Source: Trichinella spiralis (Eukaryota). Taken from it: a stretch of 64,000 nucleotides of DNA. Positions 13,723 through 30,049 of this stretch are shown piece by piece. The stretch's first letter is position 1. Each line of letters starts with the position of its first letter. Below the pieces are notes generated by a model that did not search any database, was not told the origin of the DNA, and was given only the letters and a program-made list of their open reading frames with translations. Both the position numbers and the translations under genes were made by a program. The stretch covers positions 4,097,193 through 4,161,192 of the forward strand of contig NW_003526945.1 of assembly GCF_000181795.1 (NCBI RefSeq). Reading direction: 5' to 3'.

Positions 13723-15569
13723 TATTTGAAATATAAACATTCCTAATTTAAAATATCTAGCAGCAAGAAATGCTTTTCATGGAAATCATGCAATTTAACA
13801 CTGTTATTTACGAATTCTCCACTTTGCTGCTCGTCCATTAATGTTGATAAATTTTAATAATCTAAATCACAGTTTTCTTCGATTTGCATCACGTTCAAAG
13901 TGGAAAGTTTAAGCGCCTCTTTGAGTTGTCAGAGAAATTATCATGGCCCCAAGCAATAAACTTTTGTTCCATCAAAATTTTTCGCATTACAATTCGCCGA
14001 CCAGATGGCTTACTTAAACGGCTTTCAATACCATGTTTGTTCAACACCGTCACAGTATTAAACTAAAATAAAGCAATTTTAATCAAAGTTAAGTAACAAA
14101 ATAGTCAGAAATACTTTTCTATATTTTCTGTTCCATCGGATACATTGATAAAGCAAGCATCTGCAATTCTCAAGCAGCTGCATGCATTTACTGGATGCCA
14201 TCATGTTTTCGGCTATTGGAAAGCTACATCAATGATGCCATTCAACTGCAAGAAAAGAATACTGAACAGTTGAAAACAGCAATAATGTTAAAAATCGTAC
14301 CCCAACATAAAATAAAAAAGTTTATAATTTTCACATATAAAACAGAGAAAATTTCAAAAATATATAATAAATAAGCATACAACTTTCTCTGTTTATAACA
14401 ATAAAGAAAACGATCTATCCATTTATTGAAATTCATTACAAAAAGCGTCATCCCCTCAAAATTTCATGTGATTGTGACATGGCAACAAACATAAAAATAA
14501 GACAAAAAATTTGTATTAACACCAGTACCAATGCGGATTCAGAACTGAAATACACATGAATGAAAATGTATGCATTTATAAAAGTGAAATATTTGCTTAA
14601 CAGATGTAAGACAAATTCTTCTAACACACAGCAGTTTAAAAATTTAATCATAAAACAAATTTACCTGCGTGTATGAATGAAAATGTAAAAATTAACACTT
14701 AAATTCAGAAAAATTTTGACATTTCTTCCTGCGGACAATAACTACACTACTACAGTATAAATATTATCAAGATTTGTATAAATTAAATTGAATAAATGCA
14801 TATCATTTTCCATAACAATATTTTTTAAATTAATTCTTATAAAGTTAAGGGATAATATTCAAAATAAATAGCTAAGCTTTTTATTTAACAATTTCTTAAA
14901 AATTTTTGTGTTATCTTAAATTTAGTGTAATTATGATTAGTAGATGCTTATTTATTAAGATGTAAAATTATTTTTGCGGAAAAAATATGATTAACAGTAT
15001 TTTCATCACTACAGTTAATTGTTAATGATCATCCTTCAAGTACGTAAACAAAATATGACGTTTCTGAAAAGTGTACTTTTCGTGATATGCATGCTGCTTT
15101 ACGCATATATCAATTATTGCTTTTTTGTCGAGACGAAATTCAGCTGGACTATTATTTGAATATTTAATAAAATTTTATAAGTAAACTTTTTAATTGAGAA
15201 ACACACGGACAATTTTCTGAAAGTTTCAAATAAACAATACTTGTTTAATGTTCAGAAATTATTGCCTCATTGTTGCTCAAAATTCAAATATTTTGATAAT
15301 TTGACAATGGAAATAATTTTAGAAAATAAGAAACGTTAAAACATAATTGCCCCAAAATGTAAAAAACCAATTGAATAAACGTCTTTTTAAAACGAACATT
15401 TTCATTATAAAACGATTACTTTTCAAATGAATTCCAATAATGAATAATTCTTTTTATTTACGCTATGTTACCCAATGCTAGACTATTCAGCTTGGACTGA
15501 TTTTCCTTTTCAACAGTATTACAGCAGATTTTTAAAAAGTTGCAATAAAATTAATAACATGGTCAGATT

Positions 15570-17594
15570 TTAAGTGGATTTCTTTTTTGAATTCAAATCT
15601 GGCTGCAGAAACAGACCAACTAGAAGAATGGCGTGACAAAAGTGCAACAAAAGACTGCTCCACAAAGTCGACGGATAAACATTCCAGCACATTTCAATAA
15701 TTCCAAGCAAAGTTAATCTGAAAATAAATTTTACTATTTTACATTTCAATGTAAAACAGAAAAAAATATTCACTTTGAAGTAGTTGAATAGGGAGTCTGC
15801 CAGGAAAGAAAAGGCAAAAGATGATAATACCATACGTAAAACTGATAATGCAACGATCGACTAAACGATATACCAATTAAATTAATACCAGCGAGAAGAA
15901 GTACAATTTCTAAAATGAAAAAAAGACCAGAATCAAACTTATTAATATATTTCAAAAATGTACGCTCCAGTCACCCTGATTTTTTAAATGCACTGTTCCA
16001 TTGTCAACAGCTACCATCACTGCGTTCCGTATACTAGTAAATCGAGAACTAGAAAAAATTGTGAAAAATCAAACCTGTAGCAAATTTTCAAATAATACAT
16101 TCTTAACAAACACATCTATGTACAAAAACACGTGAACTTTTTGTGCACACAATTGATAGGACGTACCGAAAAAATTTGATATAAAGAAAGTAAAATACTA
16201 ATATGATGTGAAATAGCAGTAAAATGCAGTGAAAGCATTTGTGCGTGAAAACTTCTTCTGGAACAAAACGCCAATTCACGGTCCAACGATGATCAAATAC
16301 CCGACCAAAGTTGAACGCACTTCGCAAATATCCCAGTGGATTTGTGTGCAAAAATGGAATGGCAAGCGTCACCTGAAACAAATTTCCAATAAATGAATAA
16401 TAACATACCTTACTGTAAAAAGCTTACTTGAAAAAGGAAAGCAAAGCATTCCACTAGAATTAGAGAATCTTATATATACAATTAAAATGTTAAACTGAAT
16501 TAATATAATTCAATGAACTCGAAAAAAATACCAGCTGATAAGTATTAATAATAATCCTCAAAATCCTTAATTACAATTAAAAAAAATTATTGCTAAATGC
16601 AAAAATTAAATAAAAAATCATGCAAGTATGCATAGTGCTTTTGGAAATTACCTGAATTAAAAATGCCAGTGCAAACAACCGACAACTGTCCTGAAGACCT
16701 CTTTTGTATAAACAAATTACTGCAACAGCAGGTGAAAATAATAAAATATTCATTTTCACAGATAAGGCCAAGCTAAAAATTTCATTTATTAATACAAATA
16801 AAATATTAAAAAGAAAACCAACCTATAGAGCACGATCCCTGCAGTCCATTGTCGATAAATCCAACATAACAGTGCAATGTAAAAAAGAAACATGGCGATT
16901 GGGTCATTAAAAAGTCGTAGCAAGAAGATGGAATGAATACGATAAGATGTACAACTCATAAATATAAGAAAAATTGAAGGAATCTGAAATAAAATTCTTT
17001 AAAATTTGCAATACACATGAATTGATAAGCTTCTTTCAAGTTTACCTGCCCACTTCGAATATTGATAAAGAATACAATAATCAAGTTGCATAAATAGAGA
17101 ATGGTAAAGAATAACTGCGCAACAAAAATATTTCTGCCATGATTTGTCAAATAATACAGAATTGTGTAAATGTAAACGTGTCCAGCCGGATATCTAAATA
17201 AAAGCATACAGATGTGAGCACATAAATATGGGAGCAAATTTTGAAATGAACTACACTAAAGGACCAGTGTCGCCCTTTAAAAGAGTGTAATCAAAAGTTC
17301 CATTTATGAAGCCTTCCACTTGCTGCATGTATGCAAGCCAGTCTATTTCTGTATCTAAAATAGCGAAGATAAATTGCAATATGAACAACTTGTATACTAA
17401 TTTTTACAAGGTACAGTTGTTACAATCCACAAGCATAGTACAAATTCAAACACAAACAATGCGACTGCTATTTTTGGTCGATATTTGGTGTCAAGCATAA
17501 AATTCTGAATCAATTCCACCGGACCACCACATGCCATATGTTTCGTGTTTGCTTTCGCGTTTCCGCGAAAGTTCTTCTTTACCTGACGAACCAT
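15570..17594 (-). CDS. ALG3: Dol-P-Man:Man5GlcNAc2-PP-Dol alpha-1,3-mannosyltransferase, multi-exon
   Basis: [117 protein letters not shown]-terminal KKST. Confidence 0.95.
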
Positions 17595-19077
17595 CCTATG
17601 ACTGTGATGTTAAAAATACACAGTGTAGTTTCTAAAATACTGTTTTTTTTAAATAGAAGCATCAAACAACATTAAAAACAAATTATAACAACAAAATATT
17701 GAATTTACAATTTGTTAACTCTAAATGAAAAACGTAAACATCAAGATAACAAATGAAAAGCAAGTTTAAAATACAGTGTTACCAAGAACATAGCAATAAT
17801 GTGAATTATTAACTTAAAAATATGTGGCAGTAAAATTTTGTAAAAATATAATCATCCAAATGTTTTACTCAATGTAGCGTTCTTTTTTTCGATAACAAAT
17901 GCTTTTTTCACAGTATAGTAATTATGAAAAATTAGGTCAACAAAATCTGATTTGATTAATCCAGAACACTGTATTAACATTTTCGCACTCAGATTCTGAG
18001 TTTTTTATTTTATGTTAAGTTATAAATTTTTCACATGAATTTCAATATTTTTTTACATTTTAACATTTTAAAATCTTACATCCAATCGCTGGACACCGTC
18101 AACGGCGGTGATTGCTGTATAGTCGGTATTCAACAACAAAATAAGGAAATCTTACTGAAAACGTTTAAGTTTATTCCAGATAAATGTCGAATTTTAACAT
18201 CAGACCGTAAACGTTCGGCTTTGTCACTTTTTCAGAGCTATTCAAATAAAATCAGGAATGTTACAAATATACAGTCCATATTTATTAAAGTGATATACAT
18301 GACTTCTGGGAAGTAAAAGTGGCGGAAATATAAATTATATGCTTTCAGCATATTGAAATATCACTTGACAGCACGAATTTTAAAACAAAATTAATTAATA
18401 TAATATATAAATTTGGTTCTATAATAATTTACAATATATTTTAAATAAATTTATAATATTATATTTCATTTTTCTATTACATTAAAAGATCAAGTATCAT
18501 ATATATTTGAAAAAATTATGTCCGCTTCAATTCAGTAAATATTTTAAATATTGTAAATTTATAATACTTTAACTAATATGGCAATTAATAAATATTTTAA
18601 ATTAATATATTCTGTCAATGTCTCTTCAAAACATTCATTTAAAGTCATAGTACAGTAATTAATGTTAAAGCTTGCTAATGGCTAAGGTGGAATTTTGTTA
18701 ACTGCAAATTACTTTAGCTTTCAAACGTTGAAAATCTGTGTAGAAAAAAAAATTACATATTCTTAAAATATTTTTTAACAAAAACAATACGCATTATTAA
18801 TAAAATTCTTTTCAATATCCAGCCTTTCTAATTATTTGCTTTTTTAGCACATATGCAATTAAAAAATAATTAGTTGATTCTTTATGACATTTTTATCATG
18901 ATAAAATTCAAAATACGAATTATCTTAGGTGATCTTTTTGATGACTATTGTTTTTACAAATAGCTTATTGTTCTTGCGTATCATCAGTTACAGTGGTTTT
19001 CTTGTATTCTGGTTTCCGTCATTCAGAGTGTCCGTTTACGAGGAAAAATTTTTGCTTGGAACTATATTTAGAGAAAA

Positions 19078-22203
<3,126 letters not shown>

Positions 22204-22940
22204 ATCGGAATCTGGAGCAATGAAAAGCGTTTTATACCACAATAGTTTTATATTTCTTTCATTTAAGATAGTCAGATTTTAGATAGATTGTTTTAGATTC
22301 TGTTTAAACGTTCTATAGAACGCATTTTTCTTTAGCCGTCACGTTATACATTGTATTTAAGTAAGCAAATAAGTTTACAAAAGTAAATAAATAAATATAT
22401 CTTTCAGATGAAAAGTATTTTGCACATACATACACATGAAAAATTGTAGCCGATTGTTAATTATTCTTTAAGATTAAAAATAACTGCGAACCGACCTGCA
22501 CGTTTTTTGTTATGGTACGATCTATGCAGTACATACGCCTAGCAAGAACTTCCCCATTCTTAGTTATTCGCTACAGTCGTTACATAATTTTTAAAATGCA
22601 ATAAAATAAGAAATGTGGATTGTTAGTCCACTATAAACAATTTTACAGCAAAAACGAAACTGACAACAATGAATTTGAAAAGTTGTATTCAAACAATTTA
22701 CAACAATAGCTAAACTTCATTTAAATGCTAATAATCATTAAAGGTAAAAATAACGAAAATATTTTTAAATTTTTTAAGCTGAAAACAATTTATTTAATAA
22801 ATGTGCACAAAAAACTGTTTTTAAGCTGAATCACACTTATATTTAATGAATACCATAGTACGTGATTTTCAAGCTAATAATAAGGTACGGTAGTTTAAGG
22901 TATACGGTACTCTAATAATTTGCTTACAGAAGTTAATTTG

Positions 22941-23654
22941 ATGTCGTCAGAAACAGTAGAACCGAAAGCGGACCCTGTTGCTGAAGTCGTGGAAGAAATA
23001 AAACATAATCCTTCAAGACCACGTAATAATTCGTTTGTCAAGGCAATTGTTTATGGTACAAAATCATGGACGTTGCCCAAGAAGTCGGCAGAAGACGATC
23101 AACTGTATTCGTGGATCCTTTATGTGAAGCCGTATTTTGAAGAAAATTTGGAAAACTACATTGATAAAGTAATTTTTACATTACACGAAAGTTACAATCA
23201 ACCAGTAAGAGGTAAGAGAATGCATTAAACTGCTACTGCTTCCATCATCTATATCTTTTTTAAGTATGCAGACATCCGCCTTATTCTGTTTCGGAAGTTG
23301 GCTGGGGAGAATTCAAAGCAGTTATAACTTTCAAATTCAAGGGCGTTTCGAAACATATGGTTTGTGGACGCTTTTTTATCAAACTGACATACAGGAATTA
23401 TTTTTGAATATATTTAGGTTCGAATATATAAGAAAATTACTTTGTTTGACCCGCATATTCCAGATTTTACAGAAACTGATCCTTTGGTAGACGAGCATTA
23501 TGGTGAATTGCTTTTTGAGAATGCACCTTTGGTGTTGCAGAGACACCTCAGAATCGACGAGGGGAAAACGAAAGTTGTTGGAAATCATTCCAAAGATCAT
23601 TCGGCGCGAAGAATGGAGATCCGTACACTTGTTAATGCTGCTCGGCGTTCATGA
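22941..23654 (+). CDS. YEATS-domain protein, YEATS4/GAS41/Yaf9-like, 3 exons
   Basis: KAIVYG, WILYVKPY, KVIFTLHESYNQPVRV, PPYSVSEVGWGEF, EHYGELLF. Exons 22941-23211, 23265-23359, 23418-23654. Confidence 0.85.
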
Positions 23655-24646
23655 GAAGATAATGTTATTGAAGAAGCTCTCATAATTGTCCTCACTGTAT
23701 ATAAAATCTTTTATATATCTCAACTTGTTTATATGGATTAAATTTTAACGTAAAAAAGACAATAAAAGATTTGTTATTCAAATATAGAAAGTGTTTTTGT
23801 TATTTATTGTTGTGTAATTGATTTAAATTTCATTCTATTGCAAGAAGTAATATTCAGATGCGGACATTAAATTATGAATTCACGTGCTTGTGCACAATTT
23901 GAATTTAGCAACTTTTTTGATTTGAAACAATTTTAATAGTTAAATGTTTTGCACTGCTAATAATACAATTTTTCTGTTGTATTCCCTATCATTAGTTTTG
24001 TTTAATATTAGAATACTGTAGTGTTTTAGGTATGCAAGCTCAAGCCGAAAACTCTTCTCGTCAGAAAATATTTTTCACAGATTACTGAACTGTGTGTTGA
24101 TATTTTTATTATATATAAATTAATACTTTTCTCACAAAGTTTTTGATTATAAACAACATTCTGAAAGAGCCCTGATCAAACAAAAGATTTGGTTGACATC
24201 TAAAGCTTCAGTTGTGACTGCAAGAGGCGACTCATTTTTTCCCTTAGTGAAATTCTTATTTTTCCTGTCGCAGTCTTTATTTAATACTGTGGTATGCAAC
24301 CTTTCCATTCCAATTTTTAGTGACTAATGTTCATTGAATCTAACGTACACACTGTAAACGTTGCGCCCTAGGCTGACTGCATGACAACTTTAAAGCTGGA
24401 AATGTGCAAAATAGTTTATTTGATAACACACCTACATTCACTAATACGACAGCACCATTCTGGACAGTGCGCAACGCTGGCTTAACAAAATGCTCAACTT
24501 TGAACGAGTTGATCATTTTATATGCAATGCAGGTGAAATGACGCAGTTGTCATCACTATATGATCATTATCAAACTCATCACTCACTTAAAATGTGATTC
24601 AACTCTTGTAATCTCGTTTTTTACCGTATGCCTTGCAAAATATATT

Positions 24647-25020
24647 TGTTGGGAATAATCGGGTTGATGATTCTCAATCAATCAATCCAACTCTGCGCGA
24701 AACAATTGGGCATGACTAAGTGAGTCGCTGGGCCTTCTCAGGTTTAGAAGAGTTAGCTGTAATTCGAGAACAACAAAACACACGGAAACTGAGATTTATT
24801 CAGGGATGACCACTGCACAATGAAAAGCACAGACAGTCAGACACAATAGAACTCGAAACCGTCAAAGCAATCAATCAATCAATCACACGCCACCAAAACA
24901 CACGACCCCATTGCTCACTCTCACTCGTGCGTAAAACGTGACTCTGACGTCACGACCAACTAACTTCGGATTATGGTAGCGGATTCAGATTATCAGGCTC
25001 GAACGAAAGTTGTTTTAACA
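24647..25020. mobile_element. Solo LTR (374 bp), BEL/Pao- or gypsy-type
   Basis: TGTT...AACA termini with a perfect 5-bp TSD ATATT (24642-24646 and 25021-25025); AATAAA on the minus strand; (TCAA)n tracts. Confidence 0.85.
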
Positions 25021-25278
25021 ATATTAATTTATCATTTGAGACAATTCTAATCTGTTTATAAGCTTTGATGTATTTTAAATGCAGTTATATCTCACATATT
25101 ATATTTGTTTCTATTTTTACAATAAGCACAAACCTCTTGATGTTAAAAGCAACTTTTGTTCTTTCTGATCATTATATGATGATTAATGCTATGTGATATT
25201 TTATGCACGACCATCATTATTCACTGAAATTTGGGTTTGGTGATTTGCTTGCTTATTTCAGTATATTTTGGAAATCAG

Positions 25279-28200
25279 ATGCCTTTGAATTTGGTAGACA
25301 GTACTTTAGTGTCTGTAGTAGAACGTAGAAGTGAAAATAAAAATGCAATAAATTCCGAATGGTAAGGAATTGAAACGTGCCATTTTAGTCAGAAGTAAAG
25401 CTGTACTTTAATTATAGCAATGACGAACTAGCATTACATGAATATCAGTTGTTCGATGTTGAGCAGAAGACTATGGCTCAAGGTATGTATAAAAAGCATT
25501 TTACTGAATCGCAACTTATATCTGATGATTACACAAAGTGAAACTGAAGGTGAATAATGCGGATGGTTCCTATTGCTTTAAAAATCATTTATTTTTAGAT
25601 ATCATTTTTCATTTTAACAGAAACGAGATTGATAAAGTGGTGATCGTAGTTAGAATGGCTATGAAATTTTTGAAAGAATGCGAAAACAAGAAGAAGACAG
25701 CTTTGGTATTAACTCACAGCAAATCTATGTTGGACCTCATTGTTAAACAGCGCAATTTTGTTGCTAATTCTTTGGGATATGATATGAAACAGTGCGTAAA
25801 TTCCTGTAGTTCGTACTGTGATAAACTATGCATTTTACCATGTCGAATGTTGATCTGTTGCAATGGTAATATGTATTTTTTTATTTGACTTGAAAATTTA
25901 AAGTGTATTTATAATTCAACAACGAACGATTTCATAACTTACGGCTAGCTTTAGATATGTTAATGGAAATGCGCAGCAATGAAAACTTGATGAAATCCAT
26001 TAGCCTCGTAGTTCTAGAATCATTCGATGTATTACCGGCATTGATAAATGCAGATGAAATGATGTAAGCAAAATTCGTTTACATGTAATTTGTTAGCCTT
26101 CCTAGGGTTCAATATTTTTTAGGAATTCGTATTTTAAATGCTGTGTACAGTTCGAATAATTTGAAATTTTTACATAATTTATGACCATAAACGTATTAAT
26201 TTAACATTAGGTTGTATCAAACTTTTTTGTTAATAAATACGAACAGTCTCTTATAATTCTTAATAATGCATTATTGTTTACATATGGGAGTTGTTGAAGC
26301 ATATTAAGTTATACTAATGACTTATATAATAATGGAGATGATAAATTACAAAAATATAATAGATATGAGCTTCAATTTTTGATTTTATGGAATAGTTGTT
26401 TTTTGGAAACAATACAGTAAATTGATGTGGAAGTACAATGTGATTATACGGTAAAATTATTGATATTTTTCATTTTGAATGAACACATTAGTAAAATTTT
26501 CATTTGCTCTCATTTACAAATATGTATTTTATTTTAGTTACAGTTTAGAAAACTTTTCAATGGAAACTCGTGTAGTCATATTTACGAAGTCTGAGGAAGA
26601 AGCTTCTGCGATCAAGGAAGTCGAACGTTTGAATAGTTCATTGGTTATAGAGATCGGAAAATGTTATAAATACTTGGAAAAAGACAGTAAATCATCGTTA
26701 GAATACATTGTTATGATATATTTATAGATTATTATATTATATTATATTATATTATAGTTAGGATGCAGTATTAGAATTTTGCTATTTTATTTAAAATATT
26801 ATGGAATACTTTAGGAGATTGAATTCGATGAGGAGTTGAAGTAGTTTTAGCTAGTGAGATGCAGTTATTTTAACAAAGAATCATTCCTTTTATAGGCGAA
26901 GTTTGCACAATTTTAAAATTGAAATCATTTTCTAAATTTAGATTTGAAGATGTGCTTATTTCATCCAAAAGTGGAAAATGATAACGTTCTGAATTGCAAA
27001 ATAGACGCAGTAAACTTCTTGTTGCATCGCATCATATTTACTCGGTGTTTGGTATTTGTTGACAAAGCGTGTCAAAAGTGAGGCCAAATTGCATTTGCTT
27101 TGAACGTTTTATGCTTTTTGTCTGTAGTGAAATAGATACTCTGGAAGCAAGATTAAAATGTTGGTATTGGTCAGCACAAAAAATTGGTGAGAAAGACGTC
27201 TGTAAAGGAACTGGACATAGTGTTATTAAAGATTCTTCGCGAGTTTTGATTATAACCGGTTTGGTATGATGTTTTACTATTTTAATACGTTAAAAAACTT
27301 TTTAAAAAAATAATGTAATGTTCAGAAAGAGTTGTTTTAGAATTTGTGTGTTTAATCATTGAATTGGGGTTGACATGTGAATAAGCTTTAATTTTTATCG
27401 ACAAATTAAAATACATTATTTACTGGTTTTCAAGCTCCATCAGAAACGCAACATTATGGTTACGGAATCTTACTGCGGTATATCCGTACACTGCATGTTG
27501 TTCTTTCCTTATTTTAAATGATAAATTAATGCTCATTATTCTGAATGTTTCGCTCAAGACTGTTTTGTGTAGTATTTTATGTTTCTTTTTAAGTGTTCCG
27601 CATTATAGTATTCGAGGAATCTATTTAAATGGACTTCTTTTAGGCAGAGAATCAGTTAAGTGTTGGTTCGTTCAACCTGGTTATCTTATTTCACATTCCG
27701 AAAAAGTGCGCTGAATATCATAATCTGTTGCAAAATATAAGTAACCAATGTAAGGATGAAATTTTGTACTCTCATAAATGACCGAAACATTTTGAAAGCT
27801 GAAACTTATTTTTAGCTGAATACTGCGCAGTCATATTTTTGATAATGAATCACAGCGACAAGGAGCATGTAAAAACGTTAACCAGAAAAGATGGCGTGCA
27901 TTTTACGTTGTTGAAAGGCAATTACTCAACTTTATTAATTAATAGAAGTGAAGACTCTAGAAAGACGCAGTCGACAGCTTCCAGTTACGAGAGTTCAGAG
28001 AAGAATTGGTCGACAGTGTTTGAAAATTCAGTTGAGGTGTCGGAGAAACGGATTTGCAAGAATGATTTAAGTCGGAAAAGTTATGAAGAAATTGTCGCGC
28101 CATATAATTTGAAGCCTCATAATATTGATGTGAATCGATTGTTTTATTTAAAAAAAAGCATAAAGCCTCGGAAGATTCCAACAGCCGGAAAGTCTATACA

Positions 28201-28736
28201 ATACGACCGTTCAGCTATGCTGAACATTTTGCAAACGATGTTCCGCGGTGGGAAAAACCCATCTGGCAATATTCAAATCTCCAATAGCAACAACGGTACG
28301 ATTTTTCAGAAATTATTTATTTGAATTTATTTTACTTGCTGTAGAAAAAGCGGAAAATGAATCGACTGTTCAGAAGAATGTTGAAAAAATTGAAATGAAG
28401 AAGAATAATTCATCAATTTCCAAACAGGACAAAAGTATGAAATTATTAATAGACAATAACTGCTTTGAAAATACAACTTTAGAAAAGAATAAGCCGAATG
28501 CGCGGGAAGAAGAGCAGAGGATTGTTGCAGATCCCTGTTTGGAAGATGCTGAAGCAGTTGGCGATGATGATGAAGGCGAACAATTTGAATTTGCAAACGA
28601 TGGTCTCAGTTATGATAACCAAACCGAAGCTTTTCGTCAAGTGATGATCAATGTCAACAACTACGCAAACATGCTGGCACTGATGCAGAATTACATTGAA
28701 AGTATGGTTCGTCCGCGCGACACCGTAAAGGAATAA
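25279..28736 (+). CDS. Degenerate DEAD-box-fold protein (pseudo-helicase) most similar to DDX20/Gemin3/MEL-46, multi-exon
   Basis: Colinear degenerate motifs: DIIFHFNRNEIDKV (I), TALVLTHSKSML (Ia), [14 protein letters not shown] (Ib region), SISLVVLESFDVL (II), TRVVIFTKS (III), KIDAVNFLLHRIIFTRCLVFV (IV), RVLIIT (V). Long low-complexity tail ending NYIESMV. Open exons with GT-AG splice sites. Confidence 0.6.
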
Positions 28737-29269
28737 GAAAGAACTTATATTCCCTGACTGACAACAGTAAAGTTACAATTCGAGGGAATTTGGAAGAAAA
28801 TTTCGGTTTTTGGAAAAGTTTTTGATATTTTTTGTATTTCATTTCAAAATTGGTTTATTAAATAAATAATTAATAAGTAACATTTCAATATTTGAACAGA
28901 AAAACAATATGTACTTATCGCCTTTGGCGCTTCGGGGCAAATTTGCCTTTGCTCAGAGAATTGAACTATGATCTAGAACGTATTTTCAAAAGCCTCAAAT
29001 TTTATGACCGTAATCGATAAAATAAAATTTTCAAAATGCGAAATATGGCGGTGGAAATGAAATATGCTGATGGAAATTATGAAATTAACGATTCACATTT
29101 AATTAGTGCGCCCAAGTATCGGATTTATTCAAAATTTTGAAGATATCCACTTATAGGTACTGTACAATAAATGGACATGTACTTGAAAATTTTTAATGAA
29201 CTATGGAAATGCTTTCCAAATAATTGTAAACAATATTGCGCAATATTTACGTACATAAATTTCTATTTA

Positions 29270-29520
29270 TAAAAAGAAATTAAATTTTCAATAATATCCT
29301 AGCGGTTTTGTGGGAAATTTGTTAAAACCCAATTTCAGCAAATTCTAAAACGATGCTAGCTTATTTTAGATTTTTAATCTCATAATTTAAAATGAGGAAT
29401 ATTTATTGAAGCTTAGTATTGAACGAAAATGTCGAAATAAAAATTTTAAGTTGAAGCTTTCTGTATGCATAAAAAAATCAGGAACAGTTTTATTACAGTA
29501 GGCATAATTTTTCCAAAAAA
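29270..29520. repeat. Old dispersed repeat, inverted homolog of ~640-890
   Basis: TTTTAAGTTGAAGCTTTCTGTATGCATAAAAAAATCAGGAACAGTTTTATTA matches the reverse complement of ~645-702 (TTTTAATTTTGAAAGTTCCTGTTGCTTAAATGAAAATCAGGAACAATTCTTATTA). Confidence 0.45.
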
Positions 29521-30049
29521 AGCAAAAATTGAATATGAAAATTAACATTGATTGAAAATTTAAATTGAAAATTGAAAATTGAAAATTTGAATATTAACAA
29601 AATAATTTGATATGTATATTTCTCTAACCCTTTTTTAAATATTTCACTATCATCATACCAAATCATTTAACATTTCATTTAATGGCAACGTCTCATCAAA
29701 TACCCTATTGAAAATAGTGCGCTGACTTCTGGACATCTTTTATATATAACTACGATTTAATAAAGTCATTTTCAGAAGAGATTATTTATATGTAATATTT
29801 AAACCTTATTGTCCTATTCATTACCGTAATGTACAGTATAGTAATGGCCAAATCACATATAAGTTTCTTATAGTGCAGACTTGAAGAATTAAAGAGTAAA
29901 GAATGTTGGCAGTTGCAGAATACATTGACCTTCAATGGTAACAATGGCGAATATTCTGAGAAAACATGATGGACAAAATTTTCCATAAAATCATCGATCT
30001 AGAGATGGAAAACGTAAGCTCATTGGAAATAAGCAAAGGATAGGAAGGC

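Noticed and set aside
13800..14722. Possible decayed three-exon secreted-protein gene on the minus strand
   Set aside because: It contains in-frame stops and has no recognisable homology.
25279..28736. TDRD12/Yb-like helicase-Tudor interpretation
   Set aside because: The putative Tudor segment fits DEAD-box motifs IV-V and Gemin3-like flanks better; no aromatic-cage Tudor pattern was seen.
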